IMG/VR virus record: IMGVR_UViG_3300048855_000202
Location: 1 to 28,491 of that record
Source: a virus
Lineage: Duplodnaviria; Caudoviricetes
Strand: one strand, 5' to 3'
Length of the DNA stretch: 28,491 bases
A model generated the notes under the pieces. It saw only the letters and a program-made list of their open reading frames with translations. It was not told the DNA's origin and searched no databases. Positions 25,624 through 28,491 of this stretch are shown in pieces (the stretch's first letter is position 1; the number at the start of each line of letters is the position of its first letter). The position numbers and the translations under genes were made by a program.

Positions 25624-26681
25624 TCACGGCCTACGAAGAAACGAAGCGGCCGAAGAACTATGACCTGCTCCGCGGCAAGATTGCCGACAAACACCCGATT
25701 TCGAACGATGAGCGCAAGATTGTGCGCCGCCACGACGAGTTACTGATCCGCCTCGACAGCGCCAATTCATTTTTCGGGCGATACAAGCTGGCCGACATCA
25801 AGGCTCAGCTCTGCCGCGACTATGTCGACTGGTGCACCGGCGCGGCGAATGACCGTAACCGCGATTTGGAAAAACGGCGCATTGTCTCTGATCAGACAGC
25901 CAGGCGCCACCTCGAGGATCTGCGCGCAGCGATCAACGTCTATCACGGCGAGCACACCCTCGACGTCGTGCCGAAAATCGCCCTCCCGGAGAAGCGCAAG
26001 GGCCGGGAGCGCTGGCTGCGCCGATCAGAAGCCGCTCGCCTGCTAGGCGCGGCCCTCGGCTTTGTCTGGGATGTCGATCACGACAAGTGGAAGCGCAACG
26101 ATGCCGGACGCTTGGTTCGGCGGGCGACATGGCTAGTCGCACGACGACGGCCAGTGGCGCGATTCATTTTGCTCGGGATTTACAGTGCCCGTCGCGAAGA
26201 GACGATTCGGCGGACCCAGTGGATGGCAACGACGACGCATCCGTGGATGGACTGCGAGCGCTGGGTCTACCACGGCCGCGGCGGTGATGAGGCCATTACC
26301 AAGAAGCGGCGGCCGCCGGCGAAGGTGGCTTCGCGCCTGCGACCGCATCTATCGCGCTGGCGCCGGCTCGACCTGAAGCTTGCCGACAAGCTGGGTAAAC
26401 CTGTGCTGTTTATCGTTCATCGATCCGACGGCGAGCAGTATGCCGAGAAGATTAAAACGGGCTGGGATTCGGTCATCGCGGACGCTGGGCTTGGCACAGA
26501 CGTCGTACGGCACATTCTTCGGCATACTGCTGCAACATGGCTCATGCAGCTTGGCACCGACCCGTGGCAGGCCGCAGGGTGGCTAGGGATGACGCTGGAG
26601 CAACTGCAAGAAAACTACGGGCACCATCATCCGGACTTCCAAGATGAAGCTGCTGAAGCTTTTAGCGGCCGAAAACTGTAG
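25413..26681 (+). CDS. int: Tyrosine recombinase / phage integrase
   Basis: Catalytic motifs YSARREE, HILRHTAATWL, GWLG and NYGHHHP. Confidence 0.95.
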   Translation: MPGRKAKPPRLWCRPDDGTWVILDRGRQVRTGFSRTETEGAARALETYLGTRHKPTIGTRDPAALAVADVITAYEETKRPKNYDLLRGKIADKHPISNDERKIVRRHDELLIRLDSANSFFGRYKLADIKAQLCRDYVDWCTGAANDRNRDLEKRRIVSDQTARRHLEDLRAAINVYHGEHTLDVVPKIALPEKRKGRERWLRRSEAARLLGAALGFVWDVDHDKWKRNDAGRLVRRATWLVARRRPVARFILLGIYSARREETIRRTQWMATTTHPWMDCERWVYHGRGGDEAITKKRRPPAKVASRLRPHLSRWRRLDLKLADKLGKPVLFIVHRSDGEQYAEKIKTGWDSVIADAGLGTDVVRHILRHTAATWLMQLGTDPWQAAGWLGMTLEQLQENYGHHHPDFQDEAAEAFSGRKL

Positions 26682-26694
26682 GCCAGAACCAGCG

Positions 26695-26912
26695 CACTTC
26701 GTTCAAACGTTTAAGAAGCAGGGCAAGCGGCTTGTTGCCGGTCAGCCGCAACATTCAAGACGCCGGACCAGGCGCGGATCCGTGGCCTGAAGGCTGCTGA
26801 CAGCGCGGCCGGCGTCGTGGTCTTCTCGGTTACAGGTGAGCCGAAGTTTGGGGAGTTCGATGCGCCGCTCGTCCTCGCACGGAATGGCGAGATGCCGCAA
26901 GACTTCCAGTAG
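26695..26912 (+). pseudogene. Remnant of a small Rhizobiales-type conserved protein (no start codon; frameshift near 26750)
   Basis: HFVQTFKKQGKRLVAGQPQ in one frame joins FKTPDQARIRG...AGVVVFSVTGEPKFGEFDAPLVLARNGEMP in the -1 frame. Confidence 0.65.
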
Positions 26913-26939
26913 GCGTCTAAGACACATTTTGAGCGCCGG

Positions 26940-27722
26940 TTACCCGGCTCTCTTGTATTGCAAAATGTCATCGTTGGCAGCGATCACTAGGTCGGCTGCC
27001 GACGATAGAATCGACCTAAAGGATGGTTCTGTCTTTTGATAATCGGCCAGAGCGGCCACAGCGTAGGGAGCTGAAGCTAGTCCCTTAATATCGCCGAGTT
27101 TCATATTGGTCGAGGCGACTGCGCTAAATGCAGGAGAGACGAACTCAAACACGGCCGCTATGCCCATCTTATTCTCGACAACGGCATCGATCTGCCAAGG
27201 CCTGGTCGCGCCTCGTACTTCGGCATCAAAATGGGCTCTCGACCCAAAAGCTTCGCTAATACGGGCTACAAACACCTCGCGCGTTCGCTTCACTTTTATT
27301 GCGTCGAGAGCATAAATTGTCCTCTCAACCGCGCTGACTGAAGTGTTCGCAATGGCGGCTACTGCGGCTGGCAACTGGTCCCGCTGCACATGCAGAACGA
27401 AGAAAGAGCGGTGATCAAATTGGACGCCCCACCGCTGTGCAGCTGCAGCAGCAACTTTGTTAAAGGTAGGCATGGCGCCCATCAGGTCGGCGCTCAATGC
27501 GCCATATCCATCGTCGGATACGAAATAACCGCTATCGTCTTCATCGATCCGCACAACCGAGGCTGTGCCATTCGGATACGTCACGGCCGTCGAAACGAAG
27601 GCAGAGGTACCATCTACGCGCGCAAAAGAGAGAGCCTTGGCTACTCCGTCCGCGACGGCGCTTAGGCTGATCCGAGGGGCTACCACCTCGATAGATTGGC
27701 TTATATCAAAGTTCGAGACCAT
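26940..27722 (-). CDS. DUF1828/DUF1829-like protein with possible restriction-endonuclease-like C-terminus
   Basis: VSTAVTYPNGTASVVRI...YFVSDDG N-terminal motif; VRGATRPWQIDAVV...VFEFVSP C-terminal motif; lower GC. Confidence 0.7.
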   Translation of the reverse strand: MVSNFDISQSIEVVAPRISLSAVADGVAKALSFARVDGTSAFVSTAVTYPNGTASVVRIDEDDSGYFVSDDGYGALSADLMGAMPTFNKVAAAAAQRWGVQFDHRSFFVLHVQRDQLPAAVAAIANTSVSAVERTIYALDAIKVKRTREVFVARISEAFGSRAHFDAEVRGATRPWQIDAVVENKMGIAAVFEFVSPAFSAVASTNMKLGDIKGLASAPYAVAALADYQKTEPSFRSILSSAADLVIAANDDILQYKRAG

Positions 27723-28240
27723 GGCGGTGGTGGAATCCTATTTGCGTCGGGGCAGTTCCACAATTCTGCGCACAGCGCAGTGTAATCCTTAAACGTTGAA
27801 ATTGCACGCGGCAGCATTACGGCGACGCCCACTTCGGCTTGCTGGAAAACCCTTATCCCTAATGGCAAATTAAGCTCGAAAGGGTGCCATCGGTCGGTGA
27901 GAGTCTTGAAACGATGATCGGCTGGCGCATTGGCTGAATTGCGGTGCTCTCGTTTCGGACCCCATTCGATAGGCGCAAGCCGCAAACTGGATCTCGCTTG
28001 CGGGACCGCGACTTCGATTTGGCCATAGACATCGTTGTCCCAGCCCGTCATCGGCGTAATTAGCCGAATTGACACGCCGCCGCCGAGCGCGCCTTCGAGC
28101 CTGACTGCGACGACATATTGAAGCGTGGTCGAAGTTCGGTCGGTCACCGCATTCCAGTCCGGGAAAGAATCGAAGCTCTTTGCTGCGGCGTTTACAGCGG
28201 AAAGCCTTGCAAGGAGCGCTTCGATTTGTGCTTCAGTCAC
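27701..28240 (-). CDS. Hypothetical protein, operon partner of the DUF1828-like gene
   Basis: 179 aa; overlaps both neighbours; IEWGPKREHRN and IPPPPW motifs. Confidence 0.8.
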   Translation of the reverse strand: MTEAQIEALLARLSAVNAAAKSFDSFPDWNAVTDRTSTTLQYVVAVRLEGALGGGVSIRLITPMTGWDNDVYGQIEVAVPQARSSLRLAPIEWGPKREHRNSANAPADHRFKTLTDRWHPFELNLPLGIRVFQQAEVGVAVMLPRAISTFKDYTALCAELWNCPDANRIPPPPWSRTLI

Positions 28241-28491
28241 CCGAGCAGTTCCCGCGGCTTCAAAACGCGGAATATCTCCTTGACCTCGCCAGCGTCGAAT
28301 TCGACCTCCTTGGGCGGATTGAACCGGCTGCAGGTTACCCGGCGTCCGGTCCGGCGCACGAGCTGCTTCAGAAAGCTTTTGCCGGCGTGCCCATCGTCCT
28401 CAGGATAGAGCTCGACCACGACATAATCGCCCACTGCCGGGTTCGTCCGCTGCACATAGATCGGCTCCCTGAGCTCATATCGCGGCATCAT
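28237..28491 (-). CDS. S24 peptidase C-terminal domain of a second CI/LexA-like repressor (partial, cut by the window edge)
   Basis: MMPRY...IYV...GDYVVVEL...SFLKQL...FNPP; catalytic Lys present; the Ser would lie just outside the window. Confidence 0.88.
   Translation of the reverse strand: MMPRYELREPIYVQRTNPAVGDYVVVELYPEDDGHAGKSFLKQLVRRTGRRVTCSRFNPPKEVEFDAGEVKEIFRVLKPRELLG

Larger units (their letters stand above)
1..26690. mobile_element. HK97/lambda-like siphovirus prophage (left end outside window; right boundary approximate, just after int)
   Basis: Colinear tail-neck-capsid-portal-terminase-HNH, replication, cro/cI switch and xis-int modules. Confidence 0.95.

Noticed and set aside
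26682-26940. tRNA-derived att site after int
   Set aside because: No cloverleaf, T-arm context or CCA end visible
26711-26971. Minus-strand 86-aa and 61-aa ORFs
   Set aside because: The plus-strand frameshifted remnant explains the region better

Overview
Almost the whole window is one lambdoid, HK97-like siphovirus prophage in a GC-rich genome. The protein families suggest an alphaproteobacterial host, probably Rhizobiales (inference). On the minus strand, reading right to left, lie cro, a cII-position gene, DnaB helicase, a replication initiator with internal iterons, a NusG-family antiterminator, HNH, small and large terminase, portal, ClpP-type protease, major capsid, neck genes, tail tube, tail chaperone with a -1 slippery site, and a tape measure gene that runs off the left edge. 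On the plus strand lie a CI-like repressor, a Rha/ANT antirepressor, several hypotheticals, an excisionase and a tyrosine integrase. Right of int are a 5'-truncated small gene and a convergent operon (S24 repressor C-terminus, a 179-aa protein, a DUF1828/1829-like protein), probably from a second element. The most notable points are: (1) a NusG paralog followed by a densely structured late leader; (2) further structured intergenic elements, including a possible pseudoknot with three alternative partners before the tail chaperone region; (3) a repressor whose autoprotease looks dead; (4) a candidate two-gene defence module; (5) three single-base deletions that may be sequencing errors. All family calls are from motif recognition by eye. 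No searches or folding programs were run.
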